DNA of 64,000 nt from Octopus vulgaris (taxonomy: Eukaryota). The position numbers and the translations under genes are program-made. Location of the stretch: positions 78,926,001 through 78,990,000 of the forward strand of contig OX597827.1 of assembly GCA_951406725.2 (NCBI GenBank), in the 5' to 3' direction. The notes under the pieces were generated by a model. That model worked only from the letters and a program-made list of their open reading frames with translations, had not been told where the DNA came from and ran no database searches. Positions 1-12,992 of the stretch are shown here, one piece after another. The first letter of the stretch is position 1. Every line of letters begins with the position of its first letter.

Positions 1-378
1 TAATAATGATAAAGGTAACTATTTTATCAAACCATTCCATCTTGAATATTTTCCAGATGAATTGAAACATACAGGTGTACTTCATTAAAAATATGGCTAT
101 GAAAGGGTTAGAAGGGTAAAAGAACCTACCTTTGTCCTGAATATCAAGCTTAATTTAATAATGAAGATTTCATTGATCAGTCAGTTTGCTGTAGAATTGT
201 TTTCTTGTTATACATCCGTCATTTTTAGTCGTTAGACAATCCATTTCCTTCCTGACAGTTTGGTCATGGTTTACTCGTAGTGTACACGTAGATATATTCG
301 CTAGTAGAATCTCCTTCATCCAAATGGAGGGCTGGTCGCCTATTACTGAGGCAAGCAGATTGCTGTAGCTATCACAAG

Positions 379-420
<42 letters not shown>

Positions 421-583
421 CAAACAACTCAAATACAAAATGGGAGTGTTGGCTACTTTCAGTATTTAGCTTAAATGGATTAAGTAGAATGAAGTGCCTT
501 GCCTAAGGGTACATTGGAATGTCATTAGTAAGTTTTCAACTGATGACATCTGTGTCTGTTGAACATAACAAAAAAACCTTCAT

Positions 584-626
<43 letters not shown>

Positions 627-1011
627 CTGAATGAGAAACTCTGTAATATGGAATAATTACTTAGGTCTCAGCATCAGTCCTGACAGTTGTTAGATCTTCG
701 TATTTGTCTATTTTGATCCAATAATAAGAACTAAAGAATTTCACGTGTTTCCAACTTGGTAGCGTAGAATCTCTTCTTTCTTTGGCTGTTTTCACAATCT
801 TTTAGAACTGTGTTCCTCAGTTTATTTCCATGGTTCCACTAGTCACCAATTTATGTAGCAAAAACACTTCTTCATTGTCAATTTTTGGTTGCAAATTTAT
901 ATAAATGTGGGGACATGAGTCAAAAGGGGAACATGTTTACTTTGTAGGGGAGGTGGGGCTCAGATCCTGGATATCTTTGAGTTGTGTCTGTATGTGTGTG
1001 TGTGTGTGTAA

Positions 1012-1049
<38 letters not shown>

Positions 1050-1071
1050 TCACATGTATGTATATTGTATA

Positions 1072-1233
1072 CCATATTTTTACGTGTATAAGGAACCCCC
1101 TAATTTTTGGGGGGCTTAAAATTTGGAAAAAGGTTTTGTAAGGGATTATGATACTATCCATGTATAAGAAATTTCCATTTTTTAAAACCTAATTTTTGAC
1201 AAAAAAAGGTTCTTTATACATGTTAAAGTACGG
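1072..1233. mobile_element. Tc1/mariner-superfamily (Tc2/pogo-like) MITE
   Basis: Termini TA|CCATATTT...AAAGTACGG|TA with TA target duplication. A second copy of the same ~162-bp sequence lies at 26534-26695. Confidence 0.75.
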
Positions 1234-1812
1234 TACATACATATGTATATGTGTGCATGTGTATATATAATTATATACATATACAGTATGTCTTGAGTCT
1301 TTTTAAAGCTAGTCAGGGCCATCTCTCTCCAGGTCTGAAGAAACTTATTTCTTGTAGAGAAAGAAAGAAAGAGGAGAAGAATTGATCCTCATACTAACTG
1401 GTATAATATTTATTGACCCTGAAAGGGTAAAAGCATAGTTGACCGTGGCAAGATTTGAACCCAGTGTACAGAGACCCAGATTGAATATCACAAAGCATTT
1501 GAGCTAAAGCTGTGTAATTACTGTCTTCTTGCCTTGTATGTATGTGTGTGTGTGTGTGTGTATGAATATATATTTGTGTGTGTTTACAAACCAGAAAAAG
1601 ATTATTCAATATATATATAGAGAGAGACATACACACAAAAAAATAAGAATTATTGTGTAACTGAAGACTGGGTTTTTGAATTACCCCCTCCAGCCCCTCT
1701 TCTAATTGTAGTGAGCTGTTGTAGGTTTCAAAGCCAGGTTGCTGGAACACAAAAGAAGACCTTACATGTGTCTTGTGTCAGCCGTACTTTTTGTTAATTC
1801 TTATAACATAAT

Positions 1813-2177
1813 TTGAAGAAGTTTGCTTCCCAACCACCTGGTCCTGGGTTCAGTCCCACTGCATGGCACCTTGGGCAAGTGTCATCTACTGTTTCAACTA
1901 CAGCCTCAGGCCAACCAAAGCCTTGTGAGTGGATTTGGGAGATGGAAACTAGAAGAAGCCCATTGTGTGTGTCTTTGTGTCTGTGTCTACCGCTTGACAA
2001 CTGGTGTTGGTGTGTTTATGCCCCTTTAACTTAGCTTCAGCAAAAGCAACTAATAGAATAAGTACAAGGTTTTACAAAACAATAATTAGTACTGGGGTTA
2101 ATTCATTCGACTAAAATTCTTCAAGCTGGTGCCCCAGCCTGGCCACAGACTGAAACAAATAAAGGATAAAAGATAAG
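1813..2177 (+). mobile_element. tRNA-headed SINE, family A (5' truncated)
   Basis: Shares GGTTCAGTCCCACTGC (B-box-like), ...GCCTTGTGAGTGGATTTGG..., internal (TG)n and GTAAAAG-type tail with many other copies in the window. Confidence 0.75.
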
Positions 2178-3424
2178 AATTAGTGGCACTGTGGCCAAAA
2201 TGTCATGTGGTATTTAGTTATTTTAAGTTCTGAGTTCAAATCCTGTTGGAATCCACTTTGTCGTTCACCTTTCTGGGGTTTATAAACTAAAATATCTTTA
2301 CTTTAATGTCTGTCAGAAATTAATTATTTATAAGAAATGGTTTGAAATTCCACTACTTTTGTCCATTTCCATCTGTAAAATCTGACTGGATTGTTCATTT
2401 AATTGTATTCTTGTATTCTTCCACCTTTCCTCTGCAGTGCTCCAGCATGGCAATTACTAGTATTGTTTTTATGAATCAGTGACCATATAGTGTACCTGGT
2501 TAATTAAATCATAAATATTGTTGAAAAAAAATCCAGGCTCCCCGCTCCCAACAGTAACAGTCTCCCCCCACCCCCTCCAAAATAAATGTGCTGACCAATC
2601 TTAGTGCTTGGATGTTGTGCTGTACATCTCTGTTCAAACAGAATTCTGTTAAGCCTTGTATTCAATGTTGTCATGGTGATGTAAATAAATAGCTTTCAAA
2701 ATGCACCAGTTTAATCAACTGACTCACTAGAAAAAAAAAACAGTGTTTTGTGCTTATTTTTTATTTTCCTTTTATTTGTTTCGTTTTATGCCAGCCAAGG
2801 CGAAGCAATTGTCTTGACAACCGGGTATCCTTCCTCTTGTTAATCATTTGACTGGAACCTGGTTTGACAGCCAGGTAGACTGAGGCATAGCTGTTGTTAT
2901 AAGGTTTGCACTTGGGATGACACTGTTGTTAACAGTCCACCACTTTAAGCTCACAACTGTTGGACCTCCAGGGTTACAGTTTGTTTGGATTTTTTTCTTT
3001 TCTACTTTACATTATAATTGGTGTTTTATAGTCATTTTCCAGGTGATATTTAGTCCTGTCCCCATCAGGGACTTTACAACCTCCTGGGTACTGGTGCACC
3101 AAAAGTACACCCAGAACACTCTGTAAAGAAGGTGGGAAATTAGCAGAGAAAGTGTAGGGTTGTGAGGTTCATTTGGTGCTGTCTTGCCAAGGATTTCACA
3201 AGCTTTCTAGTGCTGGTGTCCTGAGACAGTGCATTCAATGTGCTCTCTAAGGGGGCTGGTGATGTGAAGGGCATCCAGCTGGAGATGCCAAACCAAAAGG
3301 ATACGAGCATCATCAATCTGTGAGATCAATAGCTACCAAAATGACTGGGAAAGTGGATGTAAAAGGATAATGAAGCTGAGGAGGCTGATACAAGGTCTGA
3401 TGATCAAAAAGTATTGGGACTGTT

Positions 3425-3594
3425 GTGCAGGAATGGCTGTGTGGTAAGTAGCTTGCTTCCCAACCACATGGTTCTGGGTTCAGTCCCACTGCATGGTACC
3501 TTGGGCAAGTGTCTTCTACTATAGCCTTGGGCTGACCAAAGCCTTGTGAGTGGATTTGGTAGATGGAAACTGAAAGAAGCCCGTCGTATATATG

Positions 3595-3632
<38 letters not shown>

Positions 3633-3826
3633 AGTGTGTGTTTAACATCACTTGACAACTGATACTGGTGTGTTTACATCCCCCATAACTTAGCGGTTTG
3701 ACAAAAGAGAATGATAGAATAAGTACTAGGCTTACAAAGAATAAGTCCTGGGGTTGATTTACTCGACTGAAGGCGGTGCTCCAGCATGGCCACAGTCAAA
3801 TGACTGATACGAGTAAAAGAATAAAA
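3425..3826 (+). mobile_element. tRNA-headed SINE, family A (near full length)
   Basis: A-box-like TGGCTGTGTGGT, B-box-like GGTTCAGTCCC, central (TA)n/(TG)n, 3' GTAAAAGAATAAAAG tail. Confidence 0.85.
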
Positions 3827-4269
3827 GGGTTGCTATGGTAACGGAGCTAAAATACACAAAGTGAAACTGCTCGGCACAGATTCGCCTTGAACACTGTCCT
3901 GCATGCACGCTTAGTTCAAACATTCTCACTCACTCCTGTTGTTTATAGCAGTGGTTGAAAGTCGAGTGTGAAGGGTGGTTGTTCTCAAAATAAGATCAGG
4001 TTTCAGCTGTGCAGGATCTCCTTGACTGTGTCGAGGAAATGGTAATAATGGCTATGACCCTGAAAACAAACTTTGAAAGGGAAAAGATTTCATGACATCA
4101 AGGAAATCTAAAAGAATGCAACAAGACAGCTGCTCACCATCCCAAAAGAGTTCCAGGAATATTAGCCTCAATGGAAATGATGCTGGATAAAGTATGTGGC
4201 TTCAGAAATGGACCACTTAAAATGAGATTGAATTCTGAATTGATATGTGTTGACCTTGAACTCTGCTAT

Positions 4270-4950
4270 GCATGTGCACTAAGTTTTAACCTTCTAGCTC
4301 ATGTCCACTGTTTACAGCAGAGCTTGGAAGGAAGGTGTGTAGTATGTGATCGTCACATTGACCATGACAGAAAGTTGTCATGGCGATACCTGCTTAGAGG
4401 CTGATGCAAAGTTGCAGAAAGTGTATGAGAAGAGTTGTATGAACCGCACGTAAGTGTACAGGTGGTTCAGACGTTTCCAAGGTGGCTGAAAAAATGTCAA
4501 TATTGACAAACGTTCTGGGAGACCCACAACCAGCAGAACTGAGAAAAACATTGCAGATGTGCATGCGGCTGTGAAAAGAAAATCATTGAATCACCATCCG
4601 TGAGTTATCAGAGGATGTACAGATTAGTTAGAGTTCAGTTCAGTCCATTATCACTGAAGATTTGAGTATGAGACGTGTGTCTGCCAAGTTTGTGCCAAAA
4701 CTGCTTTCAGTTGACCAAAAATACACAAGGGTTTCAGTTGCACAAGATTACCTTGTGTCGAGAACAATGAAAACTTTGCGTAGGCCTCTGAGCAGGTCTT
4801 ACCAAGCTTTTGGCAAAATTTGATGCAGATTCTCTGCTCAACTTTCTTTGTCATGGTCAATGTGACAATCACACGCTACACACCTTCCTTCCAAGCACTG
4901 CTGTAAACAGCAGAAGTGAGCTAGAATTTTAAAACTCATAGTATATGCAC
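4270..4950. mobile_element. Two degenerate mariner transposase 5' fragments in inverted orientation
   Basis: Minus-strand ...EQRICIKFCQKLGKTCSEAY... (mariner HTH start). Plus-strand remnants ...VYRWFRRF...RSGRPTTS.... Segment 4272-4378 is the reverse complement of about 4840-4950. Confidence 0.75.
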
Positions 4951-6470
4951 AGCAAAGTGGGCCAATGATTTTAGCAAAAGTGTTATTTGACACCAAAAGT
5001 ATAGAAATATGTCTATGGCAAAAAGTTGATTTGTTTGAGCATATTAACAAAGAATAAAAGCACACTCGAACCATGTGAACCATAATAAGGTGTGATACAT
5101 AGTTATTCATCTTCCTCTCAGTATTTGCAGTGGTGACCCCTATTTTTTGAGATGTCCATGATTCGTTTGGGCATACTGGAAACCAATGATCTGTTTACAG
5201 ACCTCTATTCTTGCTGTGCAAGAGCTTTCAAGTATTCAATAATTGTTGGTTTTTCTCTGTCAACTCAGGTTTTAAGGATGGACCACAAATAGGATTTAAA
5301 TCTGGTGAATTCCCCAGCCAAAGCTCCAAAATTTCAATACCTTTATCTCCAAGATGCTTTTTAATCCTTTTAGCAGTGCGGCAAGGTGCTCCATCTTGTT
5401 GGGAAATGCAACTTACTTCATCAGACTGCTTCTCAATAGTTGGAAGGAGATGGTTTTCAAGGATATGTTGGTACCACGTGGAATTCACAGAAGTGTTTTT
5501 TGGCAAAACTGACAGTGATTCAATGTCCTTGGATGAAAAGCAACTTCACACATGAATGGTTTCTGGATGCTTGACAATGGGCACGATACAAGCCTCATCA
5601 TAGTGTTCACCTTGTCACCTTCTGACAAGCCTCTCTAGATGTTCTAGAAATTGAAAAGGTGATTCATCAGAAAAAATCACTTTGTCCCATTGTTCACTAG
5701 ACTAATTTTTATATTTTCTGCAAAAGGCAAGTCTGTTCTTCATGTTTTTCTTGGATAAAATAGGTTTCTATGCAGCACTTCGTGAAGCAAGGCCATTGTC
5801 AAGAAGTCAGCATCGAACAGTCTGAGCTGACACCAGCAGGTTCCCAGCCTTTAGCAAGCTGTTTGCTGCCGGCACTTCGATTCCTTAATGAATTTCTCAC
5901 CAAAGCTCTGTCTTGGCAGTCAGGGGCCAGACATCGATGACCAGGGGTATTCTTCACTGTCAGGGATCCTGTCTCTTTGAAAGGTTTTTATAATCCTTTC
6001 TTTCAGTTATTTCAGGTGCAATGCCTTCAGCAACAATTTCCTGTGTTTTTAGGCCATTTTGGTGGGAAGAAATTATTGACTGATATTTATCTTGTCCCGA
6101 TACCATCTCTGCAATAAAAGAAAAGAAAATTTGAAGCTTTTGTGAGGAAAAGAAGCATTCATTAATTAAAAATCAATCATAAAAGGCTCATGACATCATT
6201 CACTTTAATTACTGTTCTGGTTATTAATTATTAGTTTGCATGCGATTCCAACTTGAGATCATGAAGAGGAATTCCACTTGTAGGGAATATAACCGATTCC
6301 GTAAACTGATGATTATTAGCAACAGCTATTGGTTTTCGACAGTCTTTCATGCAAATCTTATTGGATAACAGACAACCTGTTCAAGTAATATTAAATCATT
6401 GACATTCACATGACATTTCACACAAAATAGCAAAAAAATGGAGTTTGCCAAAATCATTGTCCACGACTGT
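4950..6470 (-). mobile_element. Degenerate Tc1-family DNA transposon
   Basis: Right TIR reads TACAGTCGTGGACAATGATTTTGGC on the minus strand, with an imperfect match near 4950-4978. Minus-strand transposase motifs VIFSDES, QQDGAPC and WLGNSPDLNPI. Candidate start ATG at 6106. Confidence 0.85.
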
Positions 6471-6902
6471 ATATCGTCTAAGTTCTTTTACAGGAAACGT
6501 TTTTGTGTTTGCATATAAAAGCTCTTATTTAATTATGTCAGCCACAGCCAAAAGATACCAAACAGCAATAACAGTTGTACCGAGTTGTGCCGATATAATG
6601 TAGGATAAATCTTATAATAATGATAATAATCTATGGATGAAATTTGTAAACATTTCACTGCATCACTACACACATTTCCACAGGACACATGTTGCTTATG
6701 ATCATAGTCTGTATTCCTGAGATATAATTATAATGCAATCCATATTATCCATGGTCATTGGGTGCATCATAGTTCATGCAGTTTACTGGACTGTACTGTA
6801 ATCCTCTTTGGAATAGGGATTATGATCGGAAGAAACATGTGTAGAGATGCATCAAAATGTTTATAAATTCCATCTCTGGATTATTATTATTATTATTATT
6901 AT

Positions 6903-8450
6903 AGCTAAAACCAAAGTCGTAATAAGTAGGAAGGCAGGAAAACCACAAATCCCTTTGGGTAGATAGCCCTGCTCAATCTGTAGAAAAGGCATAGGTAGAA
7001 ACTCTCTAAGCTGTACCCAGTGTAAGCTATGGACACATAAGAGGTGCAGCAATATCAAAAGAAGGTTAACTGGGAAGATAGTTTTTGTATGTGGCAGATG
7101 CTCGGGAGCAATAAACACTGAAAATATGCAGAGAACAACTTCCACCACATTCCAGGGAGAAAAACTAGAAGTATTTGATAGCTTCTGTTACCTAGGTGAC
7201 CAAGTCAGTAGCAGGGGTGTGCCGATATAATGTAGGATAAATCTTATAATAATGATAATAATCTATGGATGAAATTTGTGTGCTGAAAGTGTAGCTTCTA
7301 GAATAAGAATAGCCTGGGCAAAGTTCAGAGAGCTCCTACCTCTGCTGGTGACAAAGGGCCTCTCACTCAGAGTAAAGGGTAGACTGCGTGGTGCATGTGT
7401 GTGAAACATGGGCCATGACTGCTGAGGCTATGTGTAAGCTCGCAAGGAATGAAGCCGGTATGCTCCGATGGATGTGTAATGTCAGTGTGCATACTCGACA
7501 GAGTGTAGGTACCTTGAGAGAAATGTTGGACCTAAGAAGCATCAGATGTGGTGTGCAAGAGAGACGACTGCGCTGACATGGTCATGTGGCGAGAATGAAT
7601 GAGGATAGCTGTGTGAAAAAGTGCCACACCCTAGCAGTTGAGGGAACCTGTGGAAGAGGTAGACCCAGGAAGACCTGGGATGAAGTGGTGAAGTACAACC
7701 TTCGAACTTTAGGCTTCACCAAGGAAATGACTAGTGACCGAGACTTTTGGAAATATGCTGTGCGTGAGAAGACTCGTCAAGCCAAGTGAGACCATAACCT
7801 GTGGCCTAAGCCAGGAATGTAACCAGCCCGCTTATGCATACCTTTTCCTTCTTTGGACACTAAAACTCTGCTTGCAAAGACCTGTTGAGGCAAGTGGAAT
7901 CAAAATCAAATTCGATGCCTGGTGTCCAGGCTAGCGGGGTGCAAAGAGCACCATACAAGTGTGATCATTGACAGAGTGGCTAACCGGCTTCCATGCCAGT
8001 GGCACATAAAAGGCACCATTTGAGTGTGATCGTTTCCAGCTTTGCCTTACTGGCACTCGAGCCCCGTGCTAGTAGGGTGTTAACAGCACCATCCAAGCGT
8101 GATCATTGCCAGAGCGGCTAACTGGCTTCCGTGCCAGTGGCACATAAAATGCACCATTCGAGCGCAATCATTACCAGCATCGCCTTATTGGCACCTGTGC
8201 CAGTGACTTGTGTAAAAGATTCGAGCGAGGTCGTTGCCAGTACCGCCTGACTGGCCCCGTGCTGGTGGCACGTAGAAGCACCCACTACACTCTTGGAGTG
8301 GTTGGCGTTAGGAAGGGCATTCAGCTGTAGAAACTCTGCCAGACCAAGATTGAAGCCTGGTGCAGCCATCTGGTTTGCCAGCCCTCAGTCAAATCGTCCA
8401 ACCCATGCTAGCATGGAAAGTGGACGTTAAACAATGATGATGATGATGAT
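6903..8450 (+). mobile_element. RTE-clade LINE 3' portion (degenerate ORF end plus 3' UTR with (GAT)n tail)
   Basis: Broken frames give KTKV..., PCSICRKG...CTQCKLWTHKRCS, FCYLGD, AWAKFRELLPLL, GRGRPRKTWDEVV. These are followed by GTGCCNGTGGCAC repeats and an ACGTTAAACAATGATGATG tail. Confidence 0.85.
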
Positions 8451-8511
<61 letters not shown>

Positions 8512-8573
8512 TATATATATATGTATATATGTATGTATATATATATATGTATATATATATATAGAGAGAGAGA

Positions 8574-9052
8574 GAGGTAAGGTATCAAGTTGTTGGATCA
8601 GGTAATGAAGGTCACGGAGAGGGTCATAGCCCAACTAATTAGGGAGAGAGTCAGTTTAGATGAGATGCAGGTTGGTTTTGTGCCAGGGAAAAGCACCACT
8701 GATGCTATATTCCTGGTAAGACAGCTGCAGGAGAAATACCTAGCTAAAGATAAACCTCTGTACCTGGCTTTTGTTGACTTGGAGAAAGCCTTTGACAGGG
8801 TCGCCCGATCTCTTATCTGGTGGTCAATGAGGAAACTAGGGATAGATGAATGGTTAGTGAGAGCTGTGCAAGTCATGTACAGGGACGCAGTCATTGAGGT
8901 GTGGGTTAGCAGAGTACAGTGAAGAATTCTGGGTAGAGGTAGGGGTCCACCAAGGCTCAGTCTTCAGCCCCCTCCTATTTATCATAGTCCTCTAGGCAAT
9001 AACAGAGGAATTCAAGACAGGATGCCCCTGGGAGCTCCTCTATGCTGACAAC
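8574..9052 (+). mobile_element. RTE-clade LINE reverse-transcriptase fragment
   Basis: GFVPGKSTTDAIF...LAFVDLEKAFDRV, GVHQGSV.SPLLF and LLYAD motifs, frameshifted. Confidence 0.9.
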
Positions 9053-9240
9053 CTCATTTTGTTAATGAGTGATGAAGCTCATTTTCATCTCAATGGAATG
9101 GTGAATCAAAAGAATTGTTGTTTTCAGGTTCTTGAAATCCAAGAGAACTGCATGAAAGACCATTGCACAACCCAAAAGTGATGGTCTGGTGGGCTGTTGG
9201 AAAAGCTGCCTTCATTGGTCCTTACTTTTTTGAAGACAGC
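9053..9240 (+). mobile_element. IS630/Tc1/mariner transposase catalytic fragment
   Basis: Translates to LMSDEAHFHLNG.VN...PLHNPKVMVW.AV...IGPYFFED. Confidence 0.75.
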
Positions 9241-9574
9241 TGTTTCTACCATCACCAATGCTATTTACATGGTACCATAGCCAATGCTTTTTTTCGTGTA
9301 TAGAATTGAAATTAATCTACAGGTGGTACTGAAAAGAATAAGGTAGAGCTAATGGAAAATTCATTTAAAAGTCAGTATTTGAAACAAACTCATGCCTTCA
9401 AATCTAACACTTCATATTCGAGACTCCAACGAAGTAATAAGGTTTTATTCAGATGCTCAACTATGTGTCCCCTACTCTTGTAGCAGAAACAACTGTAAGC
9501 TAATGAAGTTCATAAGGTAAACATTTATACCTTTGTCATCTCACTTTGTTTTTTATATATATATATATATATAA

Positions 9575-10307
9575 AGTACCTTGGATTGTAGGGCGACCTG
9601 CTGTGCTTGAGGAGACCTATTGAGTCAAGTACATCAACATCAATATCAAAATCTAATCAAATAGAAATTGTAGTTGTGAGCCCCGTGCCGGTAGCATATA
9701 AAAAGCACCATCTGAACGTGGCTGATGCCAGTGTCGCTTTGACTGGCTTCTGTGCTGGTGGCACGTAAAAAGCACCATCCGATCGTGGTTGATGCCAGCT
9801 CCTCTAGCCCTTGTGCCAGTGGCACGTAAAAAGCACCATCCGATCATGGTTGATGCCAGCTCCTCTGGCCCCTGTGCCGGTGGCACGTAAAAAGCACCAT
9901 CCGATCATGGTTGATGCCAGCTCCTCTGGCCCCTGTGCTGGTGGCACGTAAAAAGCACCATCCGATCATGGTTGATGCCAGCTCCTCTAGGCCCTGTGCC
10001 AGTGGCACGTAAAAAGCACCATCCGATCATGGTTGATGCCAGCTCCTCTGGCCCCTGTGCCGGTGGCACGTAAAAAGCACCATCCAATTGTGGTTGATGC
10101 CAGCTTTGCCTAGCACCTTTGCCGGTGGTACGTAAAAAGCACTTACTACACTCTTGAACTGGTTGGCATTAGGAAGGGCATCCAGCTGTAGAAACACTGC
10201 CAGATCAAATTGGACCCCGGAGCAGCCTCCTGGCTTCCCAGACCCCAGTCGAACCGGCTAACCCATGCCAGCATGGAAAACGGATGTTAAACAATGATGA
10301 TGATGAT
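9575..10307 (+). mobile_element. RTE-related 3'-end element with internal 61-bp tandem array and (GAT)n tail
   Basis: About 7 copies of GTGCCNGTGGCACGTAAAAAGCACCATCCGATCATGGTTGATGCCAGC..., then the conserved TTAGGAAGGGCATCCAGCTGTAGAAAC...CCCATGCCAGCATGGAAA..GATGATG end. Confidence 0.8.
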
Positions 10308-10565
10308 ATACGTAGATATATATATTTATGCTTGTATATCCATACATATATACACACACATACATACGCATCTTGAAAGTAAATAGAAACCCATTATCAT
10401 ATCATTTTATCTGCCCAGTTGGATTAAATCATTAAAAACTGCACAAGGCATCATGTCTGCTGAATGGTAAATCACTAGATTAAGTATTTAAAGGCATCAA
10501 ATGACATTATTTGGATTCTAGAAATAAAGCTTTCAAAAATGATTGTGTACTATCTACTGATGAGG

Positions 10566-10730
10566 TGTGTATGTGTGTGTGTGTGTTAGATAGATAGATA
10601 GATAGACAGGCAGACAGATAGATAGATAGATAGATAGATGGATGGATGGATGGATGGATGGATGGGTGGGTGGGTGGGTGGATGGATGGATGGGTGGATG
10701 GGTGGAGGGAGGGAGGGAGAGAGAGAGAGG
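10566..10730. repeat. Compound microsatellite (TG)n-(GATA)n-(GATG)n-(GGGT)n-(GA)n
   Basis: Directly visible. Confidence 0.95.
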
Positions 10731-12393
10731 GCAACATCATCTCCATCATCACCATTCTATGTCTGCTGTAGATGTGCAAACAGGAGAGAAAGTTCTCACT
10801 GCACAAAGCAACATTTATTCATTCAAATCTGACAATTCACTCAATCATTCCATAGAATCCCTCCCTAATGTGTATTTGTTCAGATAACAAGGAGAATAAT
10901 GAATAGTAAGTGTCAGGACCATGGGTCAATACACCACTTTTTCTCCATTCTTATCTGTTATTAAGGTCAATGTCAGGGTGACCCATATACAGAGAGAGTA
11001 ATGTAGATTTCTTTCTTCACTTGAAATGCTGAAGTTGCTGGTGTCTCATGCAGGAAATTGTAAGTGGACATTACACGAGGGAAAATTATCGTTGATTAGT
11101 TGATGTAATACAAGTGGCAATATGTTTACGTCATTTGTGCTTGAAAACACTATTTTGATAAATACTTATTCTTGTATCTGTATTAAGGCATTATTTCTTG
11201 CTTTTATTGAACATATTGGAAATTTATATCAAAATATTATATTTCTCAGTCAGCCACAAGATGCATGTTTTCAGTCCATGAAAGTATAGTGCTGCAGTCT
11301 CAGCTATGGTTCAAGTTATGGCTGTATACATCAAGCCCAATCTTTTTTAGTTTCCCAATGTAATCAGAAAGGGAAGTGGAATTATTTTATTCTGGGATTT
11401 GAAAGTTATGAGGTAAGAAGAACACAAATAAATAACATGATGTTAGAAAGTTAACATGTGATGGAAAAAGGATGAATATAAAAAACAACAATAACTATTG
11501 AAGAATGTGTACAATGAAAACAACTGTATATCCAATGTTTCAGGTCATACCATTTATTTATGAGAAGGAAAAGGAATGAGAGATGTATGAGAAAAAGAAA
11601 TAGAAATGGTACTAAATTTAGGGTGCCTGTTTGCACTTCAGGCTTGCTGTGTTTGTTTTGTATGTTTGTGTGTTTGTGTGTGTGTGTGTGTTTGTGTGCA
11701 GATGTGAGTACATAGTTACAAACAAGGTGCAGAAAATACTACTTGAATACGAACGGTAGAATAAATTTTAGTGTTGTATTGAAGCTGAAAAGCTACATAT
11801 GCATGTGCAAGCACACACACACACAGAGCATATATCAAAGGTGATTCCTGATACGCAAGCCTGAGTATTTAATTTTTAAAAAAATGAAACACTCAGTCAT
11901 TGAAAGAAGCTATTTATCTGATGTGTGTCTCCAATTCTTGTTCCCCGGCAAGAAGCATTTTAATTAGTTTCTTTAAAGTATTGCTGAGCAAATAATTTCT
12001 GCTTATTCAGAGTGAAACATGTTCAGCCTGCATTTATAAATTGCTTAAAATTAACAAATACTTGTAAATGGGTCACTGACTTTAGTAGGTGAGCAATTGT
12101 ACAGTACACAAGACACATCCAACATTTACAGAAAGCCATATTGAATTATCTTTTTGAAGTATTAGATATGGCATACAATGTAACTTATTAAATATTTCCT
12201 CTCAACCATTTGTAAATTTGATAAAAGTTCTGAGTTAAGTTTTCTTGTATATTCTTCATTTATTTTCATCAAGTTCAATGCTAAAATAAGTCTTTGTCTG
12301 TTGACATTTCTTTTCATTAAAAGAAACTCAGCTAGACATTGTTTCACTTAACTGGGAAAACCCCCAAAAAAACTTGACTGACACAGGGACAAA

Positions 12394-12770
12394 TGTGGCT
12401 GTGTGGTAAGAAGCTTGCTTCCCAACCACATGGTTCTAGGCTCAGTCCCGCTGCATGGCACCTTGGGCAAGTGTCTTCTACTTTTGCTTCAGACTAACCA
12501 AAGCATTCTGAGTGGATTTGGTATGGAAACTGTAAGAAGCCTGTCATCTATGTGTGTGTGTGTTTGTTTGTTCCCCACCACTTGACACCTGCTGTTGGTG
12601 TGTTTACATCCCTGTAACTTAACAGTTCAGCAAAAGATCCCAATAAAATAAGTACCAGGCTTAAAAGAGAAAAAGTGTTGAGTCAATTCATTTGACTAAA
12701 ATTCTTCAAGGCAGTGCCCCAGCATGGCCACAGCCCAGTGACTGAAACAAGTGGAAGATAAAAGATAAAG
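12394..12770 (+). mobile_element. tRNA-headed SINE, family A (diverged)
   Basis: Same head, body and GATAAAA-type tail as the 3425 copy. Confidence 0.8.
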
Positions 12771-12992
12771 CCATCTCAGAAAAGTAAAAGAACTGGGAAT
12801 AGATAGATAGATGGATAGACATACATACAGACTGACAGATAGATAGACAGATATAGCTTCCACTATGGGGCATTTCCTTAACCAACTATTGCTTAAAGAT
12901 CATAATTTTTGCACCTTCAAACATAATTCCTGTCAGTGGTGTCAAATACTATTGATACTACTGGAAAATATCCAAGTTCTTTTGGTCTACAT

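Noticed and set aside
130-363. Possible minus-strand exon (acceptor near 363, AAG|GTAGGT donor near 130)
   Set aside because: No frame stays open across it and there is no supporting homology. It could be non-coding but cannot be supported from sequence alone.
3425-3500. tRNA gene
   Set aside because: A/B-box-like motifs belong to the SINE head. There is no complete cloverleaf, and it is repeated with the SINE body.
9740-10140. CRISPR-like repeat array
   Set aside because: Units are near-identical along their whole length with no unique spacers, no cas genes are present, and the array is part of a eukaryotic LINE 3' UTR.
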